Shown here: positions 18,410-28,751 of the stretch, piece by piece
Position numbering within the stretch: position 1 is the stretch's first letter
Layout of the letters: the number at the start of each line of letters is the position of its first letter
From: a virus
Taxonomy: Duplodnaviria > Caudoviricetes
DNA length: 64,000 bases
Virus record (IMG/VR): IMGVR_UViG_3300046786_000304
Location: 64,001-128,000 of that record
Direction: 5' to 3' (one strand)
The notes under the pieces: generated by a model
Seen by the model: the letters and a program-made list of their open reading frames with translations, nothing else
Databases searched by the model: none
Told to the model about the DNA's origin: nothing
Made by a program: the position numbers and the translations under genes

Positions 18410-19368
18410 TATTTAATTCCTACTGCGGCTTCTACTAGGCCAACCCCATCTGTGTCTTTAGAGCCAATTGCTCGACCAATTATTGCCACCGGATCATAAT
18501 GATCAGCCGCCATGCCAACGCCATTAATTTCACTAGGAACAATACGCTGACCTGCTCGAATAGGACCTTTAATTAAACAAGGTACACGACCTTTAAGTGC
18601 CACAGGATAAGCATGTTCTTGCATTTTCATTTTACTGTTTAACAAGAAGCCTGGCGCAGTACTGATAACGCCAAATACTTCATCATCCCATGCTTTAATT
18701 GTTTTTGTAATTTCTTGTTCGCCACCTAATCGAACTAAGTTGCCAGGAATAAGTGGAGTATCCGCACGATAAATTTCAGCCATATCCGCAAATTCTGCTT
18801 CAACTGTTCTGCCACGTAACTTAAAGTTACCCCATGTTTCTTCGCCAACGTCTGCTACGCCGCTTTGGTTTAAGTTAATACCTTGTCCAATTTCTGGAAA
18901 CGCTGTTGCTAATGCAGCATCAACACCGCCCGGTGTATATGTTCCAGCATCACTGCTCATGATGGCTACAACTACTTTGTTTACAACAAACTGCATAGCT
19001 GGATGTAAGCCTCCAGTAGTATCTGTTATGTTACCAATTTTAATACCAGTTTTCTTACCACCAATTAAATCTCTGCCGCCTAATGGGCTCCAGCCACCTG
19101 CTGTATAAATGTTGATGACTTCATTGACGCTGTCATACCATAATTGTCCAATAATAGGATTTACTAACTTAGTATCTTCTGGTTGATATGTAGTAAGGCT
19201 TCCTGGGCTAGAAAAATTTTCTAACATTTGAACTAGATTTTCAGCCATAATCTCGCCATAGCCAGCGTAATTTTTACCTATAAGTTTTATAGGTGTTGTT
19301 ATATCAACTGTCCTATCTGCTAGAATAGTTAATCTAGTGCCGTCTGTTTTAGTTACATCGTATGCCAT
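18409..19368 (-). CDS. Tail/baseplate protein with C-terminal autocleaving chaperone (peptidase G2-like) domain
   Basis: N-terminal LIGKNYAGYGEIMAENLVQMLENFS; C-terminal ADMAEIY..GVISTAPG..PVALKGRVP. Confidence 0.65.
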   Translation of the reverse strand: MAYDVTKTDGTRLTILADRTVDITTPIKLIGKNYAGYGEIMAENLVQMLENFSSPGSLTTYQPEDTKLVNPIIGQLWYDSVNEVINIYTAGGWSPLGGRDLIGGKKTGIKIGNITDTTGGLHPAMQFVVNKVVVAIMSSDAGTYTPGGVDAALATAFPEIGQGINLNQSGVADVGEETWGNFKLRGRTVEAEFADMAEIYRADTPLIPGNLVRLGGEQEITKTIKAWDDEVFGVISTAPGFLLNSKMKMQEHAYPVALKGRVPCLIKGPIRAGQRIVPSEINGVGMAADHYDPVAIIGRAIGSKDTDGVGLVEAAVGIK

Positions 19369-19391
19369 GTATCGAAATTCCTTTAATATAA

Positions 19392-19399
19392 TATTTATC
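19392..19399 (-). promoter_or_regulatory. Late promoter-like GATAAATA
   Basis: Intergenic, upstream of a ribosome-binding site-like AAAGGA and the ATG at 19368. Confidence 0.55.
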
Positions 19400-19402
19400 T
19401 AA

Positions 19403-19975
19403 TTACATTCTGATGCGTAAAGTATAGATTATTTGAATAACACGATTCGCGGACTTTGTCACTGGGCTAAATGCCACGTGACTTAATAGTAAACCAGTGT
19501 TTAAACCACTTGTGCCTCTACTTTTCAAACCAATTTCATTGAAAAACAATTCTCCAGAGTTAAACGCAGGCTGATTTTCTTCTAACGTACAAGTCACTAC
19601 TAAGTCAGTGTAAGTTAAACCTTCGTTGTGTTCAATTGATATATTGTTTCTTGTTACATCATTGTTATTTGTTTCGTCTAAGTTGTCTATAACTTTGTAA
19701 TACACTGGATTATATAGATCAGCTAATAAGCCTAATTCTAAGTTTTGTTCAACATCTTTAGGTGTTGTATTACCAGTTTCATCGTGGATAACACCGCCGT
19801 TACCCATATGTAACTCATATATGTATTGACTGTTATTTCCCTGTAACATTCTAGCCACAATCAAACTCATTGTTTCAGAATTTATAGCATTGTGAGCATC
19901 TACGAGTAATTCTCCCGTAGTGAGATCTACTATCTTAACAAATCCTTCAATGTTTAATTTTATTTGGCTCAGCAT
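19403..19975 (-). CDS. Tail/baseplate structural protein (tail-collar-like)
   Basis: G-x-V-x-I..HNAI; FNEIGL..LLSHVAFSPVTKSANRVIQIIYTLRI pattern; structural gene context. Confidence 0.5.
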   Translation of the reverse strand: MLSQIKLNIEGFVKIVDLTTGELLVDAHNAINSETMSLIVARMLQGNNSQYIYELHMGNGGVIHDETGNTTPKDVEQNLELGLLADLYNPVYYKVIDNLDETNNNDVTRNNISIEHNEGLTYTDLVVTCTLEENQPAFNSGELFFNEIGLKSRGTSGLNTGLLLSHVAFSPVTKSANRVIQIIYTLRIRM

Positions 19976-20018
19976 GTTTTTTCCTTACATTTATTTACTC
20001 TTATATTTAACTACGCAT

Positions 20019-23000
20019 TTAATATATTTGCACACCGTTATCAATGATAATAAGCTCTTCTCCGATTTCCATTTGTACAGTTTCAGTTACTGTTCTATCA
20101 ACTGTGCCGCCTCGGATTTTATCTCGATATGACTTTACTGTATTATAGAAGTTAGCTAAAACTGTGATTTGATCTCGCTGCAACGAATCATCGACTTCTA
20201 ACGTAGAACTAATTAAATTCACTGGCTCAACTGTGCTAGACTTTGCTAACCAATCTACACCAACTTGTTCGCTCATTACGTATCTAAACATAGTACACAT
20301 AATTTTGCTGTAATACTTAGAGTATTGTCCAATGAATATTTCATATCGCAATGAATCTAATATAGCATTGTAAACGCTGTTTAGGTCATAATCCCATGGC
20401 ACTTTGTCCCACCCAATAGTATCCCAGGAGCTTAGACTCCATGGAGCATATAAGTCGCTGGAGAATTTAATTGCGCCTTTTGTTTTGTATACTGGACTGA
20501 AACTTCCGTCAACATTTTTTTCAAATATAGTGTAATCTCTTATGCCAGTATTGATTTTAATATATGAACCTGTTGTAACGGTGGTTGCATAAATGTCAGC
20601 AACCGATTCTAGTACTAAAGAAATTTCTTTAGTTGAATCATATGTTTCACTTCGATAGTCAGCATAAGTCCAGAATGCTGTAACATCAATGATTTCATCA
20701 CCAACTACATAATACTGATTATTAAGTCGAGTATTACCCCACGCATCAATATTAGAAATATTAACATTGACCATTATGTCGTTTAATTTTTTAATAAACG
20801 TTCTTCTGGCTTCTAAAGCATCGTCGAACCAACTTTGAATGTATGGACGAACTAAATTTCCAAGTCTGCCGTATGGGTGTAAGTTGAATATGTCAGGAAC
20901 ATTTTTTGTTATATTAAAATCTAACGTATTGTGAGTTGGATCAATATCACGTACACTTAAACTGCCAGCTGGCAGTACTTGCCATTTTGTTGTATCCCAT
21001 GCTCCTGATGCTGTGCTCTTGCATACATATATGTTATCATTGAATAATACCACATCAAGTTTATTATATGTCTTGGTAGTAGAATAATATTGTATAGGAA
21101 GTGCTTGCCACGCATCGGATTGGAATGCGCCTCTAGTTGTATATCTACATACATAGAAGTATCCGTTATACTTGACAAGGTCATCTTGTGTATATGTTTT
21201 TGTGCTATCAAATTGTTCGTATACCGCACGTTTTCTATAGAAAATATGTGCGCTTAAACTGTCGCGCAAACGAACATGCAACCATTCTGGAATAGTTTCA
21301 ACTGTATTATCTTCAGATATGAAAATCCATTGCTGATGTTTTTCATTACCTTTTGTCTTTTTCTTAATCTGAACAACTGTGCTGGTATTATTTAGGTAAG
21401 GCTGAACACCTTTAAGCATGATAGCGTTGTTGCTGATAGGTGCCCACCATGGAATGCCTGCGGCACTTGGATTTAATAATACTTTGCTCAACTGTTCTGT
21501 TGTGTATACTCTAGATTGTTTACTTTGTTCGGCAATAACATTTTTGTTTTTAACCCAGAAATAATAAACAGTAAATGTTTCGCCATTGATGTAATCTTCT
21601 TCTTCTACCCAATGGTAGTTATCAGTATTCATTGCTCGGTCAACGTAAACTTCACCGCTGGCCAATTGACCGAATACTGTGCCACCTTTTTCAACTAATT
21701 TATCCCATTGGCTTGGGTGTACTGGGCTCTTAGTCCATTCGTATACATCAGGTAAACTGTTGTTAACTGTTGTTCCCCAATATTTTTCTTTGGTTAATTC
21801 GTCGCCACTTTCGTAGTCACTGAACTTTGTTGTACTAGTGTCCCACCATCTTCTACCAATATATTCTTCATGCCATCCCATGCTAGAATATACAGCCTTG
21901 TATGTATCTGTGGATCTATTATACTTGGCTGGATCTACACGATTTATAACGTCGATGTCATTTTTAAAAACTTCCGGTATGTATAATTTCTTAGGATCAA
22001 ACAGATCTAATTTTATTACAGTTTTGTTATCTGCATAATCATAGATAATCAAATGATCTATATCACTAGGATCAACTGGATTGCTTTCTTCTTTTAAAGG
22101 AACATTCCAGTTTCTGCTATCATAAACCGCATAATTACCATCGTCGAACGTAGCTTCTACGTTGTCAGTATTAAGTCCATCATCTACTATGGCAATAGGC
22201 CATGTAGGATTATAACCACTAGGCGTATCTGTTTTTGTCAGTGTTGTTTGGCTAATGGCGTTTGTAAATGGATTGTATTTTTTCTTCCAAGCATAACCAT
22301 ATGCGTTAGCGTCAGTGCCAGTGGCAAGTCGATAATCTGTGTAATTTTTAAATCTAATAGGTTTAAATGTAAAGATTTTACCAGAATAACTAGTTCCACT
22401 TACTTTTGTATTCACATAAAAGAAATATGTAGTAGTCGTAACACTATTTTTTGTTTCTGTTAGTTGTTCAAGTTTTTCAACTTTCCAAATACCATCTAGA
22501 CTTGAATTAGTTGTTTCGGAATTAACGATAAGAACATAATCGCCAACTTTCAATCCGTAATCAACAGTACCAGTTGAAATTCTTGCTTTACTAAAATCAT
22601 CGGGGCCCGGACAAATTTCTACAACATTTGCATTTCTGTCAACTGTTTGTAATACTTGCCATGTACCTGGTTTAAATTCAGTTAAACCAATATTTGCTAA
22701 ATCAGGGTTAGTTTTGTAATAATTTCTTACATATATATTAGGCAAGTATGGTTCATCAATTTGACTAAATTTATCGTTGTTCGCTGACCATGTCCCTGGA
22801 CTTACTGTAGTTTTTGCGTAATAAAGTTTACCATTGATTCTAACCTGGTCGTATTGCTTGTAACTGGCTGTTTCGTCATAGTGTTTGATACTCCACAACT
22901 CAGCAAAGTTATCATATAAACCAGATAATCCTTCTAGTGTATCTACTACTAAATCAGTGTCTCCTTCAAAAAGCGGACCACCTGTAGCTAAATCATGATA

Positions 23001-26000
23001 CGTTCTGTCAAACGTTTTAAATGTTAAATCTTTGTTAAATGGACGATGTACCCATCTCTTACTGTTATTTTTAAAATATAAAATATTATCATTTGTTGCA
23101 GGTTCTGTTTTGTCAATAAATTTAACAACTTGAGAAGTCTTAGATGGATGACGAATGTCGCTGGATAACATTTCGAATTCATAATATTCTATGTTTTTTG
23201 TATTACCCAGCTCACCAAGTCTAACCATATATTCTTCGTATGGCTTGGCCTGTGATTCGTCTTTGTGTGTTAACGGCGCTAACTTATTAAAAACTTCAAC
23301 TGTGCCTTTATTGTATGTAATTGCATTTTTAAATAAGATTTCATTTTCTTCTTGTAAGAAGAGTTGTCTTAGTTCTTGATTTCTATTCAAGCCAAATTGT
23401 GCTCTACTTGCTTCAAGTACTGTTTGATCTAATACAACACTTTCGACGTCTAATAGATTTCTTCCTCGTTCGGCCATTGAATCATAATTAGGTATAATTC
23501 CGCCGTCAGTAATAACATACCCAGGAGCAAAGTATGCGCCTGTCCAATCCTGGCTCTTTTTACCGCCGATAACAAAACTACGTTTTGTTGTACTTTGTTC
23601 TGGTAAGAAATATACGTCATTGAATACGCTGGTAGAATTTAAATGTATAACTGTTTCAAAAGAACTAAATGTTAATTTAATTCCATATATAGATCTGTTA
23701 GCATCTTTTGTTTTAATTGTTATTCTGTTGTCATTGAATCGGTTTACTAATAAATCTTTACTGAACAACGGTTTGTTAAATCTGTCAACACATTGACCTA
23801 CATTCTCGTTGGTACCTTCTAAATTATCTAGATGCCCAGTGATTGCTTTAATTACTAATTCATCGGCAGCTGGATTTAAGTCAATATAACTGCCTGCAGC
23901 CAACGGTGAATTGCTCCAGAATACAAATTGTTTTGCACTTAATTGCCAGTCGCGAAGATCACCGCCTTCTGGTTCTTCGAATACAAAACCCAGACTTTCT
24001 AAATATTTTCCGTAGCCTATTAACATATCAAATACGTCTTGTCTGTTTTTATATCTTACACCGTAATTTTGATAATATAATTCATTGGAGTAGGTATTTT
24101 TTTGTTTAAATGTACTGTCACCAACTGTCACAGCCGTGACACTACTATTCGAATCTGGTATAAAGTAAGACAAATACCCGTCTTCAGTTGCAAAGCCAGT
24201 TACAATATAATATTCACCGTCCCAAATAATTCTAACACCGCTGTAAAAAATTTCTTTGTCAGGATAGTGGTTAACAGTTCTGACAGCATAACTTTCTTCT
24301 GGTACAAACAAAGTTATTTGTTGAGAATTAATGCTAGTGCTTTGAATTCTAATATTTTCTTTATTAGTAAAGCCGTTTAGTAAAAATTCCTTGTTAACTT
24401 TGATATTGCCGAACTTATCAATAACTTCCGTTACAAAATCTTTGTTGTTTAATATACAAAATTCAGAGAACAAGCTTTCAATTCCACTAGTGTAGACTGT
24501 TTCTCCGTCTACTACTTGTCTATGATAATTGTGCGCTATATTGCCTTGTTGCCAAAAATTAGTTGTGCGGTCAAGTTTATTACCCCATGAGTTTAATATT
24601 GTTTGACCTGGTAGCCAGTTTGTATTAACATATTGAACAGGATTACGAAGATACCACATTTTCGATCTTGCGGCTATACCCCATTGTGTATTATAAAATA
24701 CTTGTTCGTAAGGGCTGCCTTCGCCGGGCAACCATGCTGATTCAGGATTCAAAGTTGTTAGCCATAACCAACTTAACTGATTTGGTGGTAATAAATTCCC
24801 ATCGCTGTCAACAGGGAAATTTTGTAAGGAAATGCCATCTTCGTCTAACATAGACAGTTCATTACATCTTGCAAATTTAGGATTAATTGTTATAGCAGGA
24901 GGCGCATCGATGTTACCTGTACGCAATGCTTTTTCTAATTCCACACGTTTAACAGGATCTGTCCAAGAATAATGTGTGTCCCACCATGTTGGTTTTAGTG
25001 TGTATCCTAGCATCTCCCATGGATGTGTATGGGGACGATCTGTATCAAATAAGAATTGATATATTAGTCTCCATGATCCTGACATACTGTAAATATCTTC
25101 GCCTGTGCCTAATTGGTATATCTGAGTAAATCCATTATTCGCATCATAGTCGCTGTTTGGCATCATGAATAGATTATTTTGATTTAACCATTGCTTGGTT
25201 TCATTCAACATTACTTGGTTAACAGCAGGTAAGCCTTTGTCCAATGGTCTAAAATAGCCAGGTATAGTTTCAACATAAGATCTAAAATTATTAGTCTTAA
25301 TATCACGTGTTATACTACTCCATACTGCTAGTTCATATTCATATAATAATTGTTCTACTAAGTTGTTAGGATAAAAATCAGTAACGCCATCTTCTAAATA
25401 ATATCTAGTACCATCATGACGATACATAAAGAATTTACCAGGAGTTGTAGTGTCTTCAATTATTTCTGGCATGTACACAGGCGCCAGACCTATCTTGGCC
25501 AAACTAGCAGGTATTTGAGATTTGTATCTTCCATACCATTGTTTAATATTGACATTTTTACCTATAAAGTCGCTGGAGAATTGGATTTGCGTATATTCAT
25601 CTGTGCCGTTGACCAACGTATAGTCAACATCTCGTTTTAAGTAACGCTTTGGCATTCCTTGTTCATTTAAGATTAAGTGTAAAACATATTCTTTACCAGC
25701 GCGATGAGAAATATATTCAAAATCTCCAGTCAAGTCAAATAATAAATTGTTGTTTACAACAAAATTTACTTCTCTATAGTTGTCAAGTTTCTCGCCCCAG
25801 CCCATCATATTACTATGTGTCCAGAACGTGTTATCATTTGCTGTTGTTACATAGATCTTAGAAATAGCCATTGTCAACAAATCATGACTAGAGTATGCTG
25901 TTTCATCAACTGAGTTAATTACTGATTCTATTTCTGTTTTAAGTTTGCCAAGAAAACTATCATAGTGCTTGCCCTGACGAATCAATAAATCTCCTAAGTC

Positions 26001-28751
26001 AAATGGCATATTTGTCGACATTATACCAAATTTGCTCAACGGTTCATTGTGCTTTAATAATGTACCGCCACCTAAGATTGTTGTTTGTAATAATGCGTCA
26101 CTGTCAATCGATTCCCTAATGTTTGTAGAATGAGATTTAATATTAGTAGCATGTTGATACAAACTGTAATAATTAATATCAGACAATTTCTTGTTTAAAG
26201 GATTAATTTTCAACGACATAGGCGCTGTTCTGGTCGTTGGCCAAGTAACTATACTGTTAACCGCAAGTTTGTCGCCTGATTTAGCTTTCTTATCTAAGCT
26301 ACTTGTTGAAACAATTTTTTGATTAGAATCTAAAGATCCATCGGCACGTGTGACATCGGATATCGTATAATCGTATCCGTTGAATACTGGATTGGTCTGA
26401 TCTTTGATATAAACGTCTTGTAAGAATCTCCATTTATTAACAGGTTTAACTGTTGCCGGCTTATAAGTCGCTGTTGCAAATTTCCAAAGCAATCTTGTAT
26501 TTTCAACGAACAATTCATTATCTATATAAGATGAATCAACTAGTATACTGTCGGATAAGTCTAATTCTATCGCACCATTTCTTATTCCATTATTAACACA
26601 ATAAGGTGCTGTCAATGCCACTGGTGTTGTAACATTATTAATTACCGGAGCTTTAAATATCGTCAGTATTTCAGGCAAGTCATGGCAGACTATTTTAAAT
26701 TTGCCGCCAGATACTAATGGAATAAAAGATTCATATGCATTAAAACCTTTTTTACTTGAAAATTCAATTAATCCATAACCTGTTACTTCGAAATAAAATC
26801 TAAGAACTTTTTTAGTATCGTAGTATACATGTATAGTATCAAATCCAGTGGCAATTGGACTAACCGATGCAGACCATGGTTCTTCTGTTAAACTTTCATA
26901 TTGAAGATCTTGAATCTGTTTTGTAAAATTTAAGCCTTTTCTATTTTGATAGAAAGGAACAATCCTATTAAGATATTGATATCCGTATGGTCCTGATAAG
27001 ACTACGTTTTCGCCAGTGGTTGCGTCACTATAAGAATAAGATGAATCAACGTCTGTTATAAATTTTAATTGATTTGGGCTTACCGCGCTAGAATTATTTT
27101 CATCAATTAAGTCAAAGTCAATGCTACTTACTTCTATATGCTTATCAAGTACAGCATCATACGTGTTACCATCCTTGAAGCCTAAAATAATGCCGCCAGC
27201 GAACTGTGTCTCATTTAAATTTTCTAAATTAACGCCATCGCTTTTAAAGAATTGAAACAATAAGTTTTGATTCTTGGTTGTTTTGTTTTGTGCTAGTTGC
27301 CATTTATTATTTTTGTATATGACTCTATGATAACGTAGATCTGTTTTAGCAACAATAAGGGCGCCGTCTAATGAAACACTTGTATAAACCTTTTCAAAAG
27401 TAATACCAGTACCTACACCGGATACTTTATAAATTCCGTTAGTACCTTCAAAAACTACAAGATCGTTGTTTTGTACAGAATAACCATAGCTATCTTTTAA
27501 AGTTAGTCGTTGTGGACTTGTATATACCCCAATAGTATATGGGAACAAGCATTTAATTTCTGCTTTAGTTGTTGCAGGCCAATTATATACTTTCATGTCT
27601 TTGATGAAAGTAATAATAGGACGCTTGGCTTTATTTTGTACTGTTGCGAATTCTTCTATGCTTACATTTAAAAATTTTGCAACTGCTCTAATAGTATTGA
27701 TATGATACCAATGGTCTATAATTTGCCAGTGATTAGGATTAGCTGATTTCTCTTGCGTGATATATTCAGGTTCGCTGGTAACAATCATGCTACCGTCCCA
27801 CACTTCGCTGGCCCACTTAATTGCCGGTGGATCATCGAATGGACTAGTTTTATCCCATGGTCGTTTTTTAAGCCAACTATTAGGTATTCTTTTATCTATA
27901 GCACTAGCCGGTAATAATCCAATACCGTCGCCTATACCATGAACATAAAAAAGTTTAACTTCTTCGTCAATTGCCTTACCAGTGCCAGTACCCGGGCCAG
28001 TGGCAATAAACGATGTACCAATGATTGGATCTACTGCTCCAATGGCAGTAAAATCCGTAGTACCAAATTCTGTAATTTCATAACTTTTGCCTACAACAAA
28101 ATTTCCAGCGTTTATTTCATTGAAACTTCTATAGGCTCTATCAACATTACCAGTAAAATACAAAGTCATTCCATTTTGTAATTCTAATGTCTGGCCAGTT
28201 AGATCGTCTTTGATTTGAGCAAATGGGCGGCCGAGAACATCATTGGTAATACTGTATTTGTTACTACCACCAGGACCTGGATCTGCATGGATTTGACATG
28301 CTGGCAAATCATTAGCTATCCAATAATACAAATTGTAATCTGTAATTTTAATAGGATTGATTGGCAACTCTAGTACATTGATATCTTTATCTAACATTAC
28401 ACCGTCTTTTAATGGTGCGCCTTTAATAGTTAAATAATTTTCAATGTCTATGTATGAACTCTTGCCAAGATAATTGTCATCCGAATCGGAAATCACTAGC
28501 ATGTTGTTTGCTTGACTTTCGCGACGAATTTCATTACTTTCAACTTTAAAGAATTCTTCGGGTCTATTACTAGCTGTTCTTAATCCATATGTTTCTTTAA
28601 ATGGTAGCAGTTGTCCTTTGCTAGTCATTACATCTAGCGTAGAATCTAACATTTTTTTGTTAGGTTCCGTAGTAAAGACATTAGGTAGTAACTTATAGTT
28701 ACTAACCTTTTGTGCTATTTGTTGATTTGGTTTTTTAGTTTGTCTGCTCAT
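20019..28751 (-). CDS. Very large virion/baseplate structural protein (2910 aa)
   Basis: Uninterrupted ORF coupled to gp6-like gene; beta-rich, with CBM5/12-like repeats. Confidence 0.7.
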   Translation of the reverse strand: MSRQTKKPNQQIAQKVSNYKLLPNVFTTEPNKKMLDSTLDVMTSKGQLLPFKETYGLRTASNRPEEFFKVESNEIRRESQANNMLVISDSDDNYLGKSSYIDIENYLTIKGAPLKDGVMLDKDINVLELPINPIKITDYNLYYWIANDLPACQIHADPGPGGSNKYSITNDVLGRPFAQIKDDLTGQTLELQNGMTLYFTGNVDRAYRSFNEINAGNFVVGKSYEITEFGTTDFTAIGAVDPIIGTSFIATGPGTGTGKAIDEEVKLFYVHGIGDGIGLLPASAIDKRIPNSWLKKRPWDKTSPFDDPPAIKWASEVWDGSMIVTSEPEYITQEKSANPNHWQIIDHWYHINTIRAVAKFLNVSIEEFATVQNKAKRPIITFIKDMKVYNWPATTKAEIKCLFPYTIGVYTSPQRLTLKDSYGYSVQNNDLVVFEGTNGIYKVSGVGTGITFEKVYTSVSLDGALIVAKTDLRYHRVIYKNNKWQLAQNKTTKNQNLLFQFFKSDGVNLENLNETQFAGGIILGFKDGNTYDAVLDKHIEVSSIDFDLIDENNSSAVSPNQLKFITDVDSSYSYSDATTGENVVLSGPYGYQYLNRIVPFYQNRKGLNFTKQIQDLQYESLTEEPWSASVSPIATGFDTIHVYYDTKKVLRFYFEVTGYGLIEFSSKKGFNAYESFIPLVSGGKFKIVCHDLPEILTIFKAPVINNVTTPVALTAPYCVNNGIRNGAIELDLSDSILVDSSYIDNELFVENTRLLWKFATATYKPATVKPVNKWRFLQDVYIKDQTNPVFNGYDYTISDVTRADGSLDSNQKIVSTSSLDKKAKSGDKLAVNSIVTWPTTRTAPMSLKINPLNKKLSDINYYSLYQHATNIKSHSTNIRESIDSDALLQTTILGGGTLLKHNEPLSKFGIMSTNMPFDLGDLLIRQGKHYDSFLGKLKTEIESVINSVDETAYSSHDLLTMAISKIYVTTANDNTFWTHSNMMGWGEKLDNYREVNFVVNNNLLFDLTGDFEYISHRAGKEYVLHLILNEQGMPKRYLKRDVDYTLVNGTDEYTQIQFSSDFIGKNVNIKQWYGRYKSQIPASLAKIGLAPVYMPEIIEDTTTPGKFFMYRHDGTRYYLEDGVTDFYPNNLVEQLLYEYELAVWSSITRDIKTNNFRSYVETIPGYFRPLDKGLPAVNQVMLNETKQWLNQNNLFMMPNSDYDANNGFTQIYQLGTGEDIYSMSGSWRLIYQFLFDTDRPHTHPWEMLGYTLKPTWWDTHYSWTDPVKRVELEKALRTGNIDAPPAITINPKFARCNELSMLDEDGISLQNFPVDSDGNLLPPNQLSWLWLTTLNPESAWLPGEGSPYEQVFYNTQWGIAARSKMWYLRNPVQYVNTNWLPGQTILNSWGNKLDRTTNFWQQGNIAHNYHRQVVDGETVYTSGIESLFSEFCILNNKDFVTEVIDKFGNIKVNKEFLLNGFTNKENIRIQSTSINSQQITLFVPEESYAVRTVNHYPDKEIFYSGVRIIWDGEYYIVTGFATEDGYLSYFIPDSNSSVTAVTVGDSTFKQKNTYSNELYYQNYGVRYKNRQDVFDMLIGYGKYLESLGFVFEEPEGGDLRDWQLSAKQFVFWSNSPLAAGSYIDLNPAADELVIKAITGHLDNLEGTNENVGQCVDRFNKPLFSKDLLVNRFNDNRITIKTKDANRSIYGIKLTFSSFETVIHLNSTSVFNDVYFLPEQSTTKRSFVIGGKKSQDWTGAYFAPGYVITDGGIIPNYDSMAERGRNLLDVESVVLDQTVLEASRAQFGLNRNQELRQLFLQEENEILFKNAITYNKGTVEVFNKLAPLTHKDESQAKPYEEYMVRLGELGNTKNIEYYEFEMLSSDIRHPSKTSQVVKFIDKTEPATNDNILYFKNNSKRWVHRPFNKDLTFKTFDRTYHDLATGGPLFEGDTDLVVDTLEGLSGLYDNFAELWSIKHYDETASYKQYDQVRINGKLYYAKTTVSPGTWSANNDKFSQIDEPYLPNIYVRNYYKTNPDLANIGLTEFKPGTWQVLQTVDRNANVVEICPGPDDFSKARISTGTVDYGLKVGDYVLIVNSETTNSSLDGIWKVEKLEQLTETKNSVTTTTYFFYVNTKVSGTSYSGKIFTFKPIRFKNYTDYRLATGTDANAYGYAWKKKYNPFTNAISQTTLTKTDTPSGYNPTWPIAIVDDGLNTDNVEATFDDGNYAVYDSRNWNVPLKEESNPVDPSDIDHLIIYDYADNKTVIKLDLFDPKKLYIPEVFKNDIDVINRVDPAKYNRSTDTYKAVYSSMGWHEEYIGRRWWDTSTTKFSDYESGDELTKEKYWGTTVNNSLPDVYEWTKSPVHPSQWDKLVEKGGTVFGQLASGEVYVDRAMNTDNYHWVEEEDYINGETFTVYYFWVKNKNVIAEQSKQSRVYTTEQLSKVLLNPSAAGIPWWAPISNNAIMLKGVQPYLNNTSTVVQIKKKTKGNEKHQQWIFISEDNTVETIPEWLHVRLRDSLSAHIFYRKRAVYEQFDSTKTYTQDDLVKYNGYFYVCRYTTRGAFQSDAWQALPIQYYSTTKTYNKLDVVLFNDNIYVCKSTASGAWDTTKWQVLPAGSLSVRDIDPTHNTLDFNITKNVPDIFNLHPYGRLGNLVRPYIQSWFDDALEARRTFIKKLNDIMVNVNISNIDAWGNTRLNNQYYVVGDEIIDVTAFWTYADYRSETYDSTKEISLVLESVADIYATTVTTGSYIKINTGIRDYTIFEKNVDGSFSPVYKTKGAIKFSSDLYAPWSLSSWDTIGWDKVPWDYDLNSVYNAILDSLRYEIFIGQYSKYYSKIMCTMFRYVMSEQVGVDWLAKSSTVEPVNLISSTLEVDDSLQRDQITVLANFYNTVKSYRDKIRGGTVDRTVTETVQMEIGEELIIIDNGVQIY

